64,000 nucleotides of DNA from Lytechinus pictus (GCF_037042905.1 NC_087251.1:10232001-10296000), one strand, 5' to 3'; positions 27,413-42,819 are shown, counted from the stretch's first letter. The notes: a model not told the origin generated them from the sequence alone. Translations and numbers: made by a program.

Positions 27413-28629
27413 GTATTGGGAGGAGAGACAGAAAAGAAGGAAAAGGAAGGGAAAAGAATAGAAATAAAATTTTGCATTTTTTTCTCACAAACCTTAACTC
27501 AACTTACTCTGCAAGCAAGGGACAATAAGAACAGATGAGTATTCAAAAGAATAAAGAAGAAGGGGAAGGCATGAAGAACAATGAAACACGGATAATAAAA
27601 TCCCAAAGCCAAAAAATAAATGGAGACTACTGTCTAAATCATTGAAAAGCAAAGTAGCATCTTCGATTCGATTCGACAAGAACATGTAAACAAAATTTGC
27701 GACATCGTAAAACATTGTTTCTATACTTTACAACCATTAAAGCTGTTGTAAGCCTCATAAATCTACATGTGAAACTGTGGAGCAATTTTCTTTGAATTTT
27801 AATTCATAATTTAATTTACATCATATTTAGCAACGAAATCGATAAAACGATTTATAAATCCATTTTTTTCTTCAAATATCATACCTTTTCTAACTATTAT
27901 AGAATATCACACTATACCCAATTCGTCATCCCATGCATCTTTCAGTCCTAATATTGGCGATATGTATCTTTGAAATTTAATAATTAACAAAACTTTACAT
28001 ACAATCATTTTTCAATATTGAATCTCAATCAATTTCAATTGTGTAATGCACTAACTAATTCTTGTTTGAATAATAGACCGTCCCGAGGGTGATTGAACAT
28101 ATAAATTAAGCTGTATATGAAGGAAAGTATTTGGAGGTAATATTCTTACAAGTACATCCGGGATACTATACTCACTGATGATGCCCGCATGAAGGAACAT
28201 GCAGCTTTAAAAGATGGCGTATGGAAGATGTTGATGATGGGTTATTACCGTTGCCATCAGCAAATAGCTCTATAAATCATTTCACAATACTCTCGATCAC
28301 AGAGAGTTCAAAAGAAGCGAAAGAAATACCTCACCTTACTTCAGAATAATATATCTCCCTCGCAGACAGGTCGCATCCGACGGTAATACTTCCATTTCAG
28401 TCTTACATCTTCTTTTTTTTCTTGGAATTTACATTACCTGTTTCCCATTATTTTTACACCAAGTGTTGAATGTCCTCTCACTTTCATTTTGTCTTAATAT
28501 AGTAGGTGCGTGTCTTCTTATTTGTTATTTCCACTGTTTATTTTATGAAGTTGCTCACATTTAAAAATAGATAATTTATACTGTTACCACAGCGATCCCA
28601 GATAAGTCCAAACACAAATTAATGGAAAA

Positions 28630-28802
28630 CTGGTGGGTGTTTTATGAAAGTTGTCAGCACTGGCTAAATTGTCAGTACTGACAATTTCAGTGAAATCCTT
28701 GGTTTTGATTGGCTGAAAGGCACTGGCCTCTGACTGTTTCCATGGTAATAGTCGGAGAAAGACAACTTGTCAGTGCTGACAACTTTCATGAAAAGCCCCC
28801 AG
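28630..28802. mobile_element. Palindromic MITE family C (Harbinger-like)
   Basis: ATGAAAGTTGTCAGCACTG / CAGTGCTGACAACTTTCAT inverted arms, CTG...CAG borders, core TCCTTGGTTTTGATTGGCTGA. Confidence 0.8.
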
Positions 28803-31800
28803 ATCATTCGCCCCCCCCCCCAAAAAAAGGTAAGATCTTCAGCTTTATCCCTCGCCTCTGTTCATACTGGTGGGTATCACGATGTAAATATATTCAATGA
28901 AAATTTGCAGCGTTTATGACCAAAATAAATGAACCTCATTCAAACTTATTTGCAGTGTTTGTGACAAAGACAAATTAACCTTTTTAAAACAAACAAAAAA
29001 CCCAGAAATTCCAGCGCAGATGTAAAAAATACTAGGTCTCAATCATTCTTCAAGAAAAAAAATTACATCAGGTTTAATACTTCCAACAATTGACACTCTC
29101 AAAATAAGACCACACGTCCTTATTCTTTTATGTTATGTTAGGGGAGATTGTATAATGAATAAAGGATCATACAAATCCATTATGCTTTTTTTCTATATTG
29201 ACTTCCAAGACAACCGACATTTTCAAATACCGTGAGAAGCGCTTTAGTTTCGAACCGTTCATACCTAAACATTTGTTGAAAGTGAGTTACTACTGGTTAT
29301 TCGCTTTTTATGAATAGCCATTGCAAAGAGGGACATATAACTTTATATTCAGTGGCGTACAGATAGGGGCTTGGGGGTTCTGTTCCAACCCCCCCCCCCT
29401 TAGGCCGCTATTCATATTTATGATGAATTCAGTACTATAAGTACAGCTTTCATGATGAATTTAAAACAGTAAAATGGAATGTTGATAGATAAAAACCGAA
29501 AACAGTGATCAAAGACAATCTACAATTACTAAGATGACAAGGTGTGAGATTTGTTTCTTGTGACATCGTGAATCAAATGTGAAAGTCAAATAGAGAAAGC
29601 GATATGTTATTTACACTTGAACACAGAAGAAAGAATTCCTCACCAGATAAGACAGGGTATTTATTGACTTGTTGACACTTTGATATCTCGGCACCTTCTA
29701 CCTAGGCATGAACCGAAAATGGCGTATTTTCGGTTCTATGAAGATGACTTATTTATGGTCAGAAGCACACCGTTAAGTCAGGGGAGTTGTCGGAGGATCG
29801 CACTTAATAATGTTTAACTATTTGTATTATTGCCATAACAGTCAAAATATACTTTCATCAAGTCTGGCAAGAAACGAGAAACAGGGCATAGATATTGAAT
29901 TATGATGTTGCCAAACGTGTTTCGGATGGAGGTAACCATAGCAACCGTGATTGACTGAGATGCGATCCTAAACACACTACTAGTATTCAGTGTCGGGTTC
30001 CGATGAAGATGAAGGATGTATTTTTTTTTATAAAACCACAACCAAAATCAATCTTGTAAATGGGTATTAATCAGACAAGATGTCCATCTTCCATGCTCTT
30101 TCGCAGGTTTGAGATGACTTTAGTTCAAATAAATAAAGATGGGACAGACTCCACACGCCCAAAAGAAAGTAGACCTATTGTGGATGGAAAGTGAGTGTTT
30201 TGGGTGGATTTGTGTGTGTATGAAGGAGGGAAAGGAGTATGATTGGAGTGAGAGAAAAAAAGACAAATTGAGTGAGGATGATGGGGTAAAGAAATAAAAG
30301 AAAGAAAGCATTAGGTGTGTGTGTGCGTGCTTGCGTATGGGTATAATGTACGTGTGTTTTTTTATATGTGGAAGCTTATTATAAAATGGATTAGGGATCA
30401 ATCATTATATTTTGTTTTCTGCAAATCATTCAATATTAATTTCATGTATTATTAGGTTACATATAGATTGTCGGGGCTAAGCTACTTTTTTTATGGACAA
30501 AAATATATTTTTAAAGGTCTTTCATTTTATTCTTATTTGCTTTATTTTTTTTTCTGTAAATATTTTTGTATTTTCTTGTTGATGTAAAATGAAGATTTGT
30601 CAATTTTTGTTGTATTTATCTTGAATTTATTTGAATGAAATCTTTGATAAAAAAATATGATGAAAGAAAAGTGATGTGGGCGTGGGGGGGGGGGTGAGCA
30701 CGTGTGCTTGTATGAAATAGAGGTTGGGTGATACTCTGTGTAGTGTTCTTGTTTGATTGAGTATGGTGTGTTTTTGGTGTGTGGGATATGAAGGAGAGGG
30801 GGGAATGGGTAGGGTGTTATGGGATGTATTAGGCGCGGGATGGGTTTTAGGGTAATTATGTTCCTCTCTTGATTCGCTCATGAGCTATTTTATTTGGAAA
30901 TATATATTTATGGAAATATGTAAAATCAAGCACAACTTAACATAAAAGAAAGATTAAATTCATGAATGGGTCTTGTAAAAAAGCAGGCATGCATATTTTG
31001 AGTTTCTATTTTTAGTAATTGATAAAGGTAATTCTATTTAGTTTGTAATAATTGTAATATTGTTCTGTGTACTTTGATGGAAAGAATGCATCGACGTATA
31101 ACTTCATATCCTTCTTTTCATTGATTATTATGTATAAATAATCACATGGCTCTTCAACAGGATGAAACCAAAGATCATTTAAAACCAAAAGTTTTTATTT
31201 CATTTACGATAACTAAGTTAGTTATATTTGATAAATTAATATTTGGCACCAATGTAATTTTCATTTGTTTGAATCGTCCATTTTGCTACATTTTTCAATT
31301 GATCATAAAAAATTATTTCAATAGCAAGTAGATATTTGTCAGAGAAATTATGAGACAGGCCCATCAGCATATAATAAATGGAAGTATATAGTGAAAGACA
31401 GCTAGGTAAAACACGAAGATGGCGCTAGGCGGTGCCATTGCGGGTGAGTGAAAATAGAGGTAACTGTTCTCACTTGTTTTCGCCAATGATGTGGGGTGAT
31501 ATCATAGAGAGGGCATTGACACAATATGGGTATGACATTGGGTGATAGCTTAATTATAACCTTCAGTGTGTCCAAATTAAATCTATTATGCATTGTGATA
31601 AAGAGAGCTCCAGTTAAGTGCATTACTGGTAAGGAATTTAGGCAAAGTAAAGAAGGTGACGGGATAGCGAACGATCCCTGCATCGAGTCAAGACCTTAAG
31701 TTAAAAACGGGACCTTCTTGTCAGGCGCTCGACGTTTTTATAACGGAGAAGGGTAAAACCATTATGTTATGTATGTCCCACTGGGAGAACATCAATTATC

Positions 31801-32293
31801 ATAAAAGCTGAAGTGGCTACACTGGGTAAATAAGAATTATAAATAATAGTCATTATTATCAAATATTTTTTCGCAAAAATTTATACCAAATCTATTATCA
31901 ACACATTGGATAATGATCGGGAAGAGACGAGGGGGGGGGGGGCAGCAGAAGGAGTTGACCATCAGGAAGGGGAGGGAAATGAGCATCGTGAAGACGACTG
32001 TGACGAATATTATTATTCAGTCACAGAGAGACAGAGAGAGAGAGGTGAAAAGAGAAGGAGAGGAAGAAAAAAAAGAACACCTTAATAAGGAGAAAAATTG
32101 GGAGAGAGAGTGAGGGAGGAGAGGAGATGGAATGGAAGTAAGCAAAAATTGGGATTGGAAAGGATATAGAGGGTGTTGAAATGTCCCAGTAGAATAAAGA
32201 TTCATATTTCATTTGTTGTAAAATTTCAAAAGCAAACGAACAATAAAATACATGTTTCATATCCCGTATGATATTGATCACCTCCCCCCTTAA

Positions 32294-32864
32294 AGGGATG
32301 GTCCGGGCTGATAATATTTATATCTAAATAAATAGAGTAAATTCACAGAGCAAAATGCTGAAAATTTCATCAAAATCGGATAACAAATAACGAAGCTATT
32401 GAATTTTAAAGTTGATCAATATTTTGTGAAAACAGTTATCATTCGGTGGGCTGATGTCACATCCCCACTTTCCCTTTTCTTATGTTATTACATGAAATAA
32501 CAATTGTTTCATTTTTTCAAACATGTGTAAATGTTTTGTGATGAAATAAGTTGCGGCAATAAATAACCAATGCAATAATCAGTGGTCAATCCAATTGTTT
32601 TAGTTCTTGGTAGAAACATTTTGAATAAACCTAATTTCATATAATAAAATACAAAAGAACAAGTGGGGATATGACATCATCAGCCCACCTAATGAATATT
32701 CATAAAGACATGCCTATAACTGTTTCACCAAAATAATGCAAATCTTTAAAATTCAATAACTTTGTTATTTGTTATCCGATTTTGATCAAATTTTCAACAT
32801 TTTGCTCTGTAATTTTTACTCCATTTATTGAGATATTTATATATCTCCAGCCTGGACCATCCCT
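32294..32864. mobile_element. Kolobok-like foldback element, ~570 bp, nearly palindromic
   Basis: TTAA|AGGGATGGTCC...GGACCATCCCT|TTAA; arms pair over more than 100 bp (e.g. CAAAATCGGATAACAAATAAC / GTTATTTGTTATCCGATTTTG). A decayed relative lies at ~16455-16870. Confidence 0.9.
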
Positions 32865-32989
32865 TTAAAGACCGATCAGACGATACGCGATCAGGTGAAA
32901 GTCATTATGCGCGCCAATTTTACACCTGAACGTCGCGACGCGTCGGTGCAATTTACGGTATAAATTGATGCTGTCATTTCGGTGATATA

Positions 32990-33440
32990 TACCGTGTTTA
33001 CACTTAATCGGCAATTGGTTCTGAACCAAATGCCGATGCAGAATCGGCATTTGGATTGCGTTTACACGTTGTTACAGCTCGCGGTTCAGAACCGCGAGCC
33101 GATGCAAAAACCTGAAATGATACGCATACCTACAATATACGTCGTAATAAAGACAACGCTGGATCAGTGTGCTTACAATTACGTCACAATGGTAAAGTAA
33201 TTGAAATGCGCACAAATTACCGGTGCAGAATCGGCTTTCTGTTTACACGTAGTAAAAAAGCCGATTCTGCATCGGCTCGCGGTTCAGAACCTACTACTTT
33301 GGTGGTGCAAATTGCCGGTTCTGAACCGCGAGCCGATTCAAGTTGCTCGCGTTTACACGCTATGAAAAAGCCGATGCTGAATCGGCTCGCGGTTCAGAAC
33401 CGCGAGCCGATTCAAATGCCGATTAAGTGTAAACACGGTA
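32990..33440. mobile_element. TIR element with repeated GTTTACAC and GCTCGCGGTTCAGAACC motifs (Harbinger-like)
   Basis: Perfect TACCGTGTTTACACTTAATCGGCA / TGCCGATTAAGTGTAAACACGGTA termini, flanked by TA; CpG-rich interior. Confidence 0.88.
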
Positions 33441-35662
33441 TAAATTACAGCGGGCATTCCACACTCAGGCTTATAAATCAGGAATGCTAAATTAATTTCT
33501 GTCGGCCTTTTCATGTTTCATTCTTTGCTCCCTTCCCGCTATGTCCGTTCTATCATTTCATAATTTCTCACGTTTTCACTCCAGATTTCGCTTTCTATTT
33601 TGAATTACAATTTCTTCTAGTTATTTTAATCTTCCCTATATACGATTTTGATTATACATAGGTATTGACTTAATAAACATGGCTAAATGTAAAATACTTA
33701 CCATTTACTAATATTAATAAACTGAATGATTTTATATTATAAGTTTTAATCCAATGTTAACATAAATACGCTATTAATGTCAACTTAGGCTTAATATTTT
33801 TTTTTCAATTTACTTAGCAGATTGATGATGCATTGACTTGAAAATTACTTTTATATTTTTATAACAAAAAATGATTAACCGTGCAACGTAACAAAATATG
33901 TATAAAATACATTCGCAGAAAAAAAAATATCATTCAATTTCATGAATGTTATATCAGTATCAATATCATATCTTTAAAGTGGTTTAAATGTACAACCCCT
34001 TTAGAAAACTACTAATAATTTCGACAGTTGAGGGATTACTCTTCCTCGGTTAAAATAATCATCACACGCTAAAATGCAAAGCTGACATTACGTTTATGCA
34101 ACTGTTCCTCGCATTTAATACAAATTATGTATTTCAAATTTCCAACCAAATTATATAAGATATTTAGTAAATACAATGTATACCTGCTTGTTGAGATAAT
34201 ATTTTTTTTCAAATTCTGACCATTCTTTTGAAAAAAAAAGGATTGGGAACGACTTGCATTCATATACATGTTAGGGGATTGTCATGGGGAGTACGTACTA
34301 AAGTCGTTGGAACATAGTGTTTTTTTTTATTTCAAGAAATAAGATTGGTTCTTATTTTGGCACTTCATATTTCAGATTATTGTAATTTCATGACGTTATT
34401 CCAACAACCAATCCTACTGGAGACCGATACCGGTTGGTTTGGAGTTGGTTTCTTTGATTTGATTAGTAAGTTTTCACTCCAAGACGTAAAGGAATCTTCA
34501 AGAAATACCCTGCCTTGTCGCAATTGGTCTATCAAAACAGCAGTTTCGTCAGTGACTCTGGACAAACGACATAATTGCAATATTTTGTCAGCTCCGAAAC
34601 TATAAGACGAAACTGCTGTCTTGTTCACCAATTTTCGACAAAGCCTTTCCAGCTTTTCTTTGTCATTATTTTGACGAGCATTTTCAGTATATTTACTGGT
34701 TTTTTTTTAAATTTTTTTCATGACATGCAAATTTCGTTTACTTTTTGCGTTGATTTTTACGATTTGCGTTAATTCTTTTTTTACGAAATGCGGCCCTACA
34801 ACCCTCCGTACAATGCAAAGCGAAAACTCCCTTACACATTATGAAGTGCTTGATGAAATACTCTCAGATACAATCTACATCGGAGACCGACCACCTCTTA
34901 GACCAGTCAATTGAAAGGTTCATGCCCTGGTTTATACCAAGGCAATATTATATTTTCAGAGGATTTCTTTACTATACCTTGAGGGGACGTTCAAGGACTT
35001 CTTTCCTTGAATTTCGAACAGAGGGAATGCTAGTCCATATAGTCTATGAATTAGAAACAAACATTTAATATTTAACTGTAAGAATGCTTGTCTAAACAAG
35101 CGGATCTCTAGAATATCAAGGTCTTTACCGGCGACGAATGAATATTAATCAGTAAAGAAATCGTGTCACTCATTTAATGATGGGCTCCATAACTTAATTC
35201 CATTTCCATTCAAACATAATACAAAGTAATATAAAGTTATACAAATCAAATGCAATTTTACAGACGAGCATTCTTACTTCTACAAACAAAAACTTAACCA
35301 ACTTGATAAAGACAAACCATGCGGAACATGGACTGATTTTTGGGTAATTAAAATGTATCCATGGAAACCAAATTTTGTATAAAATAATAAACAAGTAATT
35401 TCTTATTGCTAAAAAAGTAGAATATATTAAATTCCCCCCCCCCTTCCTGTCGGTATAAGCACGATGAGTATTTGTAGGCATAATAACGACGTGGTATGAC
35501 ATTACTACCACCCCACCCAGTCGGAATATATATAGGGGTTTCATCAATTAAGTAATGAAAAGATGATTTATCTATTAAAAAAAACAATCAATTTACATGT
35601 GAGAGACAAAAATCAAGTTACCTAACTACAATATTCTTTGAGTTGTTTTATTTGCGCTTGAA

Positions 35663-35912
35663 CAGTGGCCTACAGATGGGGTGGGGGGGGGGGGGCTTGG
35701 GGTGAATGCTTCCCTCCAATTTTTCAAGACCAAGAAAAAAAAGGAAAGACAGAAGGGTGAAATAAGATGATATTTTCTGAATATTTGATTTTGTAATAAA
35801 AACGTCGAAATTTTGCTGACTCGTTTCGCTCGCTCTCTAATTTTTATAAATTTTGCCTGATACACCATAATTATCTGGCCCCCTCAATTTGTTTTGGTTC
35901 ATTACACTACTG
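35663..35912. mobile_element. hAT-like CAGTGG-ended element, degenerate
   Basis: CAGTGGCCTA...TACACTACTG, G-run, TCGCTCGC core shared with 26925. TSD only 5/8. Confidence 0.6.
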
Positions 35913-37148
35913 TGCTGGGATCCTGGGAATACAGATAAGGTTTGTTAAGGACAAAGATGCAGGATGATATATATCGCTGTCTGGGCCACTGTACTAAGTC
36001 TGGTTATCATAAAACCAGACAAAGAAACGAAGAAAAATAATAGATGACATGAGTAAGGATCGAAAGTTGTACTTCCTTCCGCCTATTCACACTCCATGTC
36101 CCCATCTAAGCAATATTTGTTATGATATTTCATTTAGAACAACACTTAGGATCTTACCGCCTATCTGTCACACGATGGAACATGTGCACTGACATCCAAG
36201 ATGATTATTTCCTTTGAAGAAAAAAGGGAGACACGTCGATTATTTATGCATCTAATATTTCATAAAGCAGTGCCGGATTTTTGTTCAGGGGCCCACCGGA
36301 GAGCGGTTATATCAGTTTCAAAAGGGGAATTCTTTTCATGTCATTCATAAGCATGTCACCAAATAATGGAGTCAGCAGGAAGCATAATAACACCAGAGAT
36401 TGAATTTATCTTTTCATCGTAAATAAATTGATATTTTAAAGGGAGAAAAATGAAAGGAAATTCATTCAAGCCTCGATCGGTTGCTTCTGGCGTTCTGGGG
36501 ACGAATTCATCAAACCTTCCTTGCTACAATTCAGTAATTCTACCCGAATCAATTACAATGCTCTGTTAGATCAATATAAACAGACATTTAGTGATAATAA
36601 ATGTCAACCTTTCAATATTGAATACCTGAATCCGGAAAATAATTGTCAGTATTGCCATATAGGTTGGCATCATATTTTATATTTTCAACAGAATCATCGT
36701 GGCAGTATGTAATATATTCCTTATCATAATTGCGATATGATGACGCGATGTTACAACTAAAGTCATCATACCATAATGATTAACTCTCGTTGTAATGAAC
36801 TTATTGTTTTCATAACTATAATATTAGTAAAAGGTGAGCTGCTATCTTTACGGTTACAACGGATGATTTTTACTATCACCACACTTACTACATCTCTTAC
36901 CATTAATTACAAATAGCAATATCATTATACCAAACCTCAAATATCTTCTTCAGTTTCATTACTATCGTTACTATCATCATCATCATTCGCAACAGCAGCA
37001 TGATCATATTCGCCATTACCACGTCCAACACCAACGTCGCCATCGCTGCAACTGACAACACATCCTCACCGGAGAACTGCTCTCTCAAAATGGTGGCCAT
37101 GGTTCGAACCTGCATGAGTCAATGTACTTACGATTAATAGGCAATAAC

Positions 37149-37315
37149 CTGGGGAGCGTTGCGTTTCATCAACTTTTTTTGCGTCCGACAAGTTGTCAGA
37201 CATTGCAACTATCCTTGGATTTGATTGGCTAAGAAACATGTTACTATGGTAACTGTCGGATAAAACAGGACGTGTTGGATGAAATGTCCAACAAATCCTT
37301 TCATGAAACGCTCTT
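37149..37315. mobile_element. MITE family C-related copy
   Basis: Core TCCTTGGATTTGATTGGCTAAG...ATGGTAACTGTCGGATAAAAC shared with 28630; arms GCGTTTCAT / ATGAAACGC. Confidence 0.7.
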
Positions 37316-40300
37316 CATGTCCTTCGGAGAGGAACCACAGTTTTCCGTCTTTTGGCGCCTGCAAGCATTTATCATCTCAATTATGATTTGACCAGCATCA
37401 GTACCAGCGTCATTAGCACCATGAGTAGGAAGCTTTAGAGAACACGATGAATAACGGAAGGGAGATTCATGTAAAATCTATATGCGAATAGTCCTACATT
37501 TTCTAAGATAAGAGCATTCACAGACAGATTGCTTCTGAATCTGCGGACCCCTTCTGTCGTACCACGTCACCCCCCTACAAGCACCATCACCAGACCTCTC
37601 TTCGATAAATTGTCTCATCTTACCCTTCATTGTTGGGTGTTTTTGTCTTGTATACTGCGTGCAATTTACATTATGATGAAAGGGGAATTAAGTAATTAAA
37701 AAGTATAAAACTCACAAAAAGAAGTTGAAAAAGTTAAAAACAAACGATAGAAAATATCATATGATATGATGGCTGGCTGAACACAAGAAAAAAAAAAGAA
37801 GGAATAAATGAAATTCCAAAAGCAACAGTTTCAAAGTGCGTGAACTCCTCCTCTATACCCCGCGGTAATTTCCATTTTTCCACGATAGTGGTAAATCCCT
37901 ATAACATCAGAAAAGAAAGGTGGATTTCATCTTGCGTGTATTATAAGTGTAATCGTTTTGACGTATCAGTATTATGCGTCCTTTTATCATTGTTCAGTCA
38001 GCTATTATGACCCGCAAATTGACTCCTGAAAGACCACAAAACCATACAATGGACCCGATTCTCAATGAAAAAAATTCTTGTTATATCCTACGCGAATTAA
38101 AGCGCAATTATAATCCGATATGGGAGTCTTTTGTAAAAATGACTCATTGAAACACTATTGACCCCTACCTGTTGCAAGTTTCTCATCGTTTTTTTTTTAC
38201 TTTAATAGGATAGAAGAGGAGGAGGAGGAGGAATTGGGCGACTTAAAGAGGGGGTGGAGTGGGGACTGGGATATATCAGATGTAACCATTCGTTACATAA
38301 AAAGGTAAAACAGGATTCGTGGCGTAGGAAAAGAGTCACATTTTAACTAAAATATGAAACATTATTTAAGCTCGCATTATTCCCTTGATAGCACTGTACT
38401 TTAAGGACGGAGAATGCCTACGATGATATATTATTTCGTGCTTACAAATAACAAAAATTGAACTGTATTCACCATTCTAACACAATAAAAATAGGAATGA
38501 CTAACAACAACAAGTTTCATATAACATGTTTCATTGTCATGACATTCATTTGCAGACGGATAGTCGAAATTACGTCACAATAAACTGATTTATTTCGAGC
38601 GGGGAAACATATCGTGCGAGCGTTGGAAACTTAATAGCCATTGACTAATCGATTTTAGACAAGCTTGTGAAATAAGACACAAAGAAAGTAACTTGTACAA
38701 AACTTGTATTTCTAATCGAATGTCTCATGGTCATGTTGTTTTGGATGGAGTCGACGAACCGTGTAATGTAGGGATACATGAGAGCAGTTTTTTTTAAATT
38801 TTTTTTTAAATTGCTTGTTCGAGAGAGAAAACAAAAATGGAAGAAAATTAATTTTAGAAACACGGGCCGACGAATGACAGAATTGTCCATAGAATCGCTT
38901 GCCAAACATAAGACCATTTACAATAAAAACATTATCTTTTGAGTTGACAACTTCAAGTATGTCCTAGGAAAGTACTTTAAACTAAGTAGTTTTCATTATA
39001 ATATAATAATATTGTGAGTTCTTATATTAATCAATGTATGATACTCCCAGCTCCCCACAATATATTTTTTACCCCAATCAGTTTCCAAGAGTGGTAAATA
39101 AGGTCCAAAGAAATACTAGACTATAACACCTCTAATGATTCAGATAAAAACGCTATGATGAGATCTCAAAATTGTTCGGTTGAAATATATGTACATCCCA
39201 AACCTGCTTCGTAATTCAAATATATTTCACATGATTTTCAATTTCACTGGAAAGTACACTTAAGTGTTCAGATGGTTAATTTGATATTTGGTGTATATGA
39301 TGACTATCAGTACAAGTGTATATCTGAATGATGCGAAGTAAGATTCAAAACTAAAAAAACATAAAATCAAAATAGCTTGAATACAAACTAAATACAATAA
39401 ATCAAAACGAAGACATAAATTAATCACAAATTATTGTACTTTCATTGCCCCTTCCCAATTTTCATGCCTGTATGATGTTATATATACATTTATTTCTAAT
39501 GAAGTCATGTAAAACATTCATTAAATTTTATTAACAACCTTTAGTTCATTTAAGCCTTTAATTTTGTTTAAATATTTTATTCTTATATTCTATATGAACG
39601 GGTTCGTCTGTAATTTAGCTTAATAAAACAAGCTGAAATTTGGTAAACTATACAGAAAGCTTAGGGGGTTATTCTATGCAACACTCAATCCATCATTGGG
39701 GGTATAACAGTGAGAGTATAAACATAGCCACATATCTCACAGAAGTCAAACACCTCAGAACAACGCACCTTCTCGGTCAAAGGTTACCAGAATGGAAGTT
39801 TAAAAAGAATTGTTGTGAGGAAGGAAACACCGAAATCCTTTCTCAAATTCCGTGCAGATAATGTGACCCCTCTTCACATTTAACATTTAAGCAGGGAAAA
39901 TAACTAAGTTACCTTTAGGCTTATCGTCGTCAATGGAAATTGGTTATTGTGTATCTATAAGACGATTCGTTACATTCGTTAATGAGTTAAAGGTTGACCA
40001 AAGCAAATCAGTAGGTTGATCAGAACTGTCTCCACACATAATCACAAAAGACTCAGGCAAATCCAAATTAGTAGAAAACGTCGGAAGATAAAAAAATAAA
40101 AATACTAGTTTTTCACTCTAGCAGGCCTTTATCCATGAAATCTTCGGTAGATCTTGGTTGAAATTGGTGGCGCCCTATTCGATTTTAGTAGACTCATTGT
40201 ACTGTAGATCTCAGTTGATAACAAAATATTTGATTCTAGAGATCTTACCTTGATATAACTGTGAGATATGTTGCAGTTAGAATAGATATAATTATAATAT

Positions 40301-42748
40301 CACAGAGCTTGAGATCTAGAGTAGATGTAGAGCAAGGATAACTAGTGGCGCTATGGTAGATGGATGAGTTCGACATTGAAATCTAAAACAGAGAAATATG
40401 TGTTGGTATTATTGGAATGATATTGATATTTTGAATGTATATGGTTCCATATACCTCTATTTATTATCGCAAATGCAATCATAGTTTATAAAAGAGTACT
40501 AGTTGAATATGATGGCTCTTTTATACGCACTAAATGACGTCGTTATTGGTTGAACTTGGATTTTCAACGGCGAACCATTTAATACAAATAAGTTGAAGTA
40601 ATTAGCAATAACCTTTAGAAAGTATTGGAATAGCAAAAATCACGTATGAATTATTGGAATTAACATAGTAGGTGAGTTGAAATTTAAGCGCGAGGGAGGT
40701 ATTGTTCATAATAAACGACAATTTAGTAACGTGTCTCAACGATGACAGATGATGGCGCCCTTTTAAATATCTTTGAAAGAAGCGCTTTGTCGGAAAGATT
40801 TCCTGAACTCAAAATGGCCGTCGATGTATTTCGATGGTTGATCACATACTTATCGACGGTTCAATCGGGGAGGGGGGATCCACCTAATAATGTCCCTAGA
40901 GCACAGTTCCCCAAAAAGGAAAGCTCACCTAGGAGGACACCTTGCCAATTGAAACTTCCAAAAAACAGAAGAAAACAAAAATGCCTTCAATCGGGGAATT
41001 TGTCCTCCTGGGATGCCTTAAATCTTTAGGATAATACTCCATTTTGACTATAAAAAAAAAGAAAAAAAAAGTTTACTCAGAACAAGGATTGACCATTCTA
41101 AGTTACCTGAGGTCTGACCTTATTTAGGGTCATTTCTTTTCCTAAAAAATGAAGTGTGACCCCCCAAAGTATGATTTCCGGGTCAAATGTAACTGGAATC
41201 CTAAAACCTCGAGAGTGGACCCAAATTGGGGTTCAAAATGAGCCGTCGAAGTTTTCTTAATAGAGGTATACTCCAGTTTGTTCAACTGCATCTCCCTCAC
41301 CACATTTAGCCATTTTGGCTTCAGAGAGAATTACAGTAAAGACAAAGACAGCTAAGAATGTGGGACAAATTGATATAAAGAGTCATTGTAAATGTTCTAA
41401 AGAAGATTTCATCTGTAAGTAATAAAATAGTTTCTTCCTTCGTAAAAGATCGCTGTATGGTGTAGATCATATACATAAATCACAATACAGTTCAGAATCA
41501 AATGGTTGTATTGTAGCAATTTGAAAAGTTTCAATTTTTACAAATATATTTTTATATCAATATTTAAAAAAAAATGTTCTCATTTGTCAAAAGGTGCTCA
41601 CAAGTTAGCAACTTTAGTACCTAAAACTTTGTAATTAGGATAAGAGAGTTGCCAACCCATGCAAGATCAGATAAGGATACTCCCTTCCAAATAATGACAT
41701 GCATATTTTTTTAATGTAAACGGGGTCTATTTGACACAATACAGAACAATCATGCTTGCTTCATTTCCTAACAAAAACCAGAAAAAATGGAAGAGTGGCA
41801 AGAGGATAGAAAAAGGAGAGAAAAGTTGTGAGAAGAAAATATTGAAGGGTGACGGTGTGTCTTGAGGCGAAGATTAGAAGCTGAAACGGATCATGGTTTT
41901 TATCCATGGACTCACTGGCACAACTCTTTAGACGAAGGGGTCTTTGAATGGGGAAGGTTCTGCACTTAAAAGGGGTGTCATTCTTTCGTAAGGGTGACGA
42001 AAGTGCCCGGTTTAGGTTTCAGTTTACGGCATCGATTTCCGAAAGAAAAGGCGAGAGAAACGAATCCGTGGTTTGTTTCAGTCCGTACCAGCTACTGTTT
42101 TGCTATGTTTGTTGAAAGTTTATGACAATTTTGATAGTTAGTTACAAGAATAGCATGAGAACACGAAGCACTTATTTCGATATTTTCCTTTAACATGGAT
42201 TTTTTTTGGAGGGTTAACCCTGACTATTGCAAACTTTATGCGTTTTTAGAAATTATATAGATTATAAACAAAGAGTTAGTCAAATATAATTCAAGCTATA
42301 GTAAAAATGAAAATAGGATTTGGAATATGATAAGACCAACAAACATAACAACTATAATAAAAATGTTACAAAGAACACAAGACCAAAAATAAATTAACAA
42401 ACAAACATAAAACAAAGAGTGAATGTTCTACATCATATAAAAGTTTATGGCGATGCTGAGTTATTATTAGTGAACATTTCTCTTCTTTTTTTTTTACTTT
42501 TTCTATTTTTACGCAAATTTTTCAAATTTTCTGTATTCTCCAAGTGTTTCCCTCATTTTACATTAAACAATACCGTTACCAATGTTTATAAATGTGGTAA
42601 AAAAAACTGTTTATAATTTGAGCTATGAAACAAACTACTGACATGACTGAGCCAACATGGCGGCATGAATACTGCTGTAAATAGCTGATTTAATTCAATT
42701 CACATGTATTAGAACTTATATAAAATTAAAAGAAAACAACTTTATGTT

Positions 42749-42819
42749 GATAATAATGATAATTATATTTGAAATTTATATAGCGCATTATAGTCAAAAG
42801 ACTCTCGATGCGCTTTACA
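42749..42819 (-). mobile_element. Isolated SINE/LINE 3' tail fragment
   Basis: Minus strand reads TGTAAAGCGCATCGAG...ATGCGCTATATAAAT...(ATT)n, matching the tail of the 10790 SINE. Confidence 0.65.
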
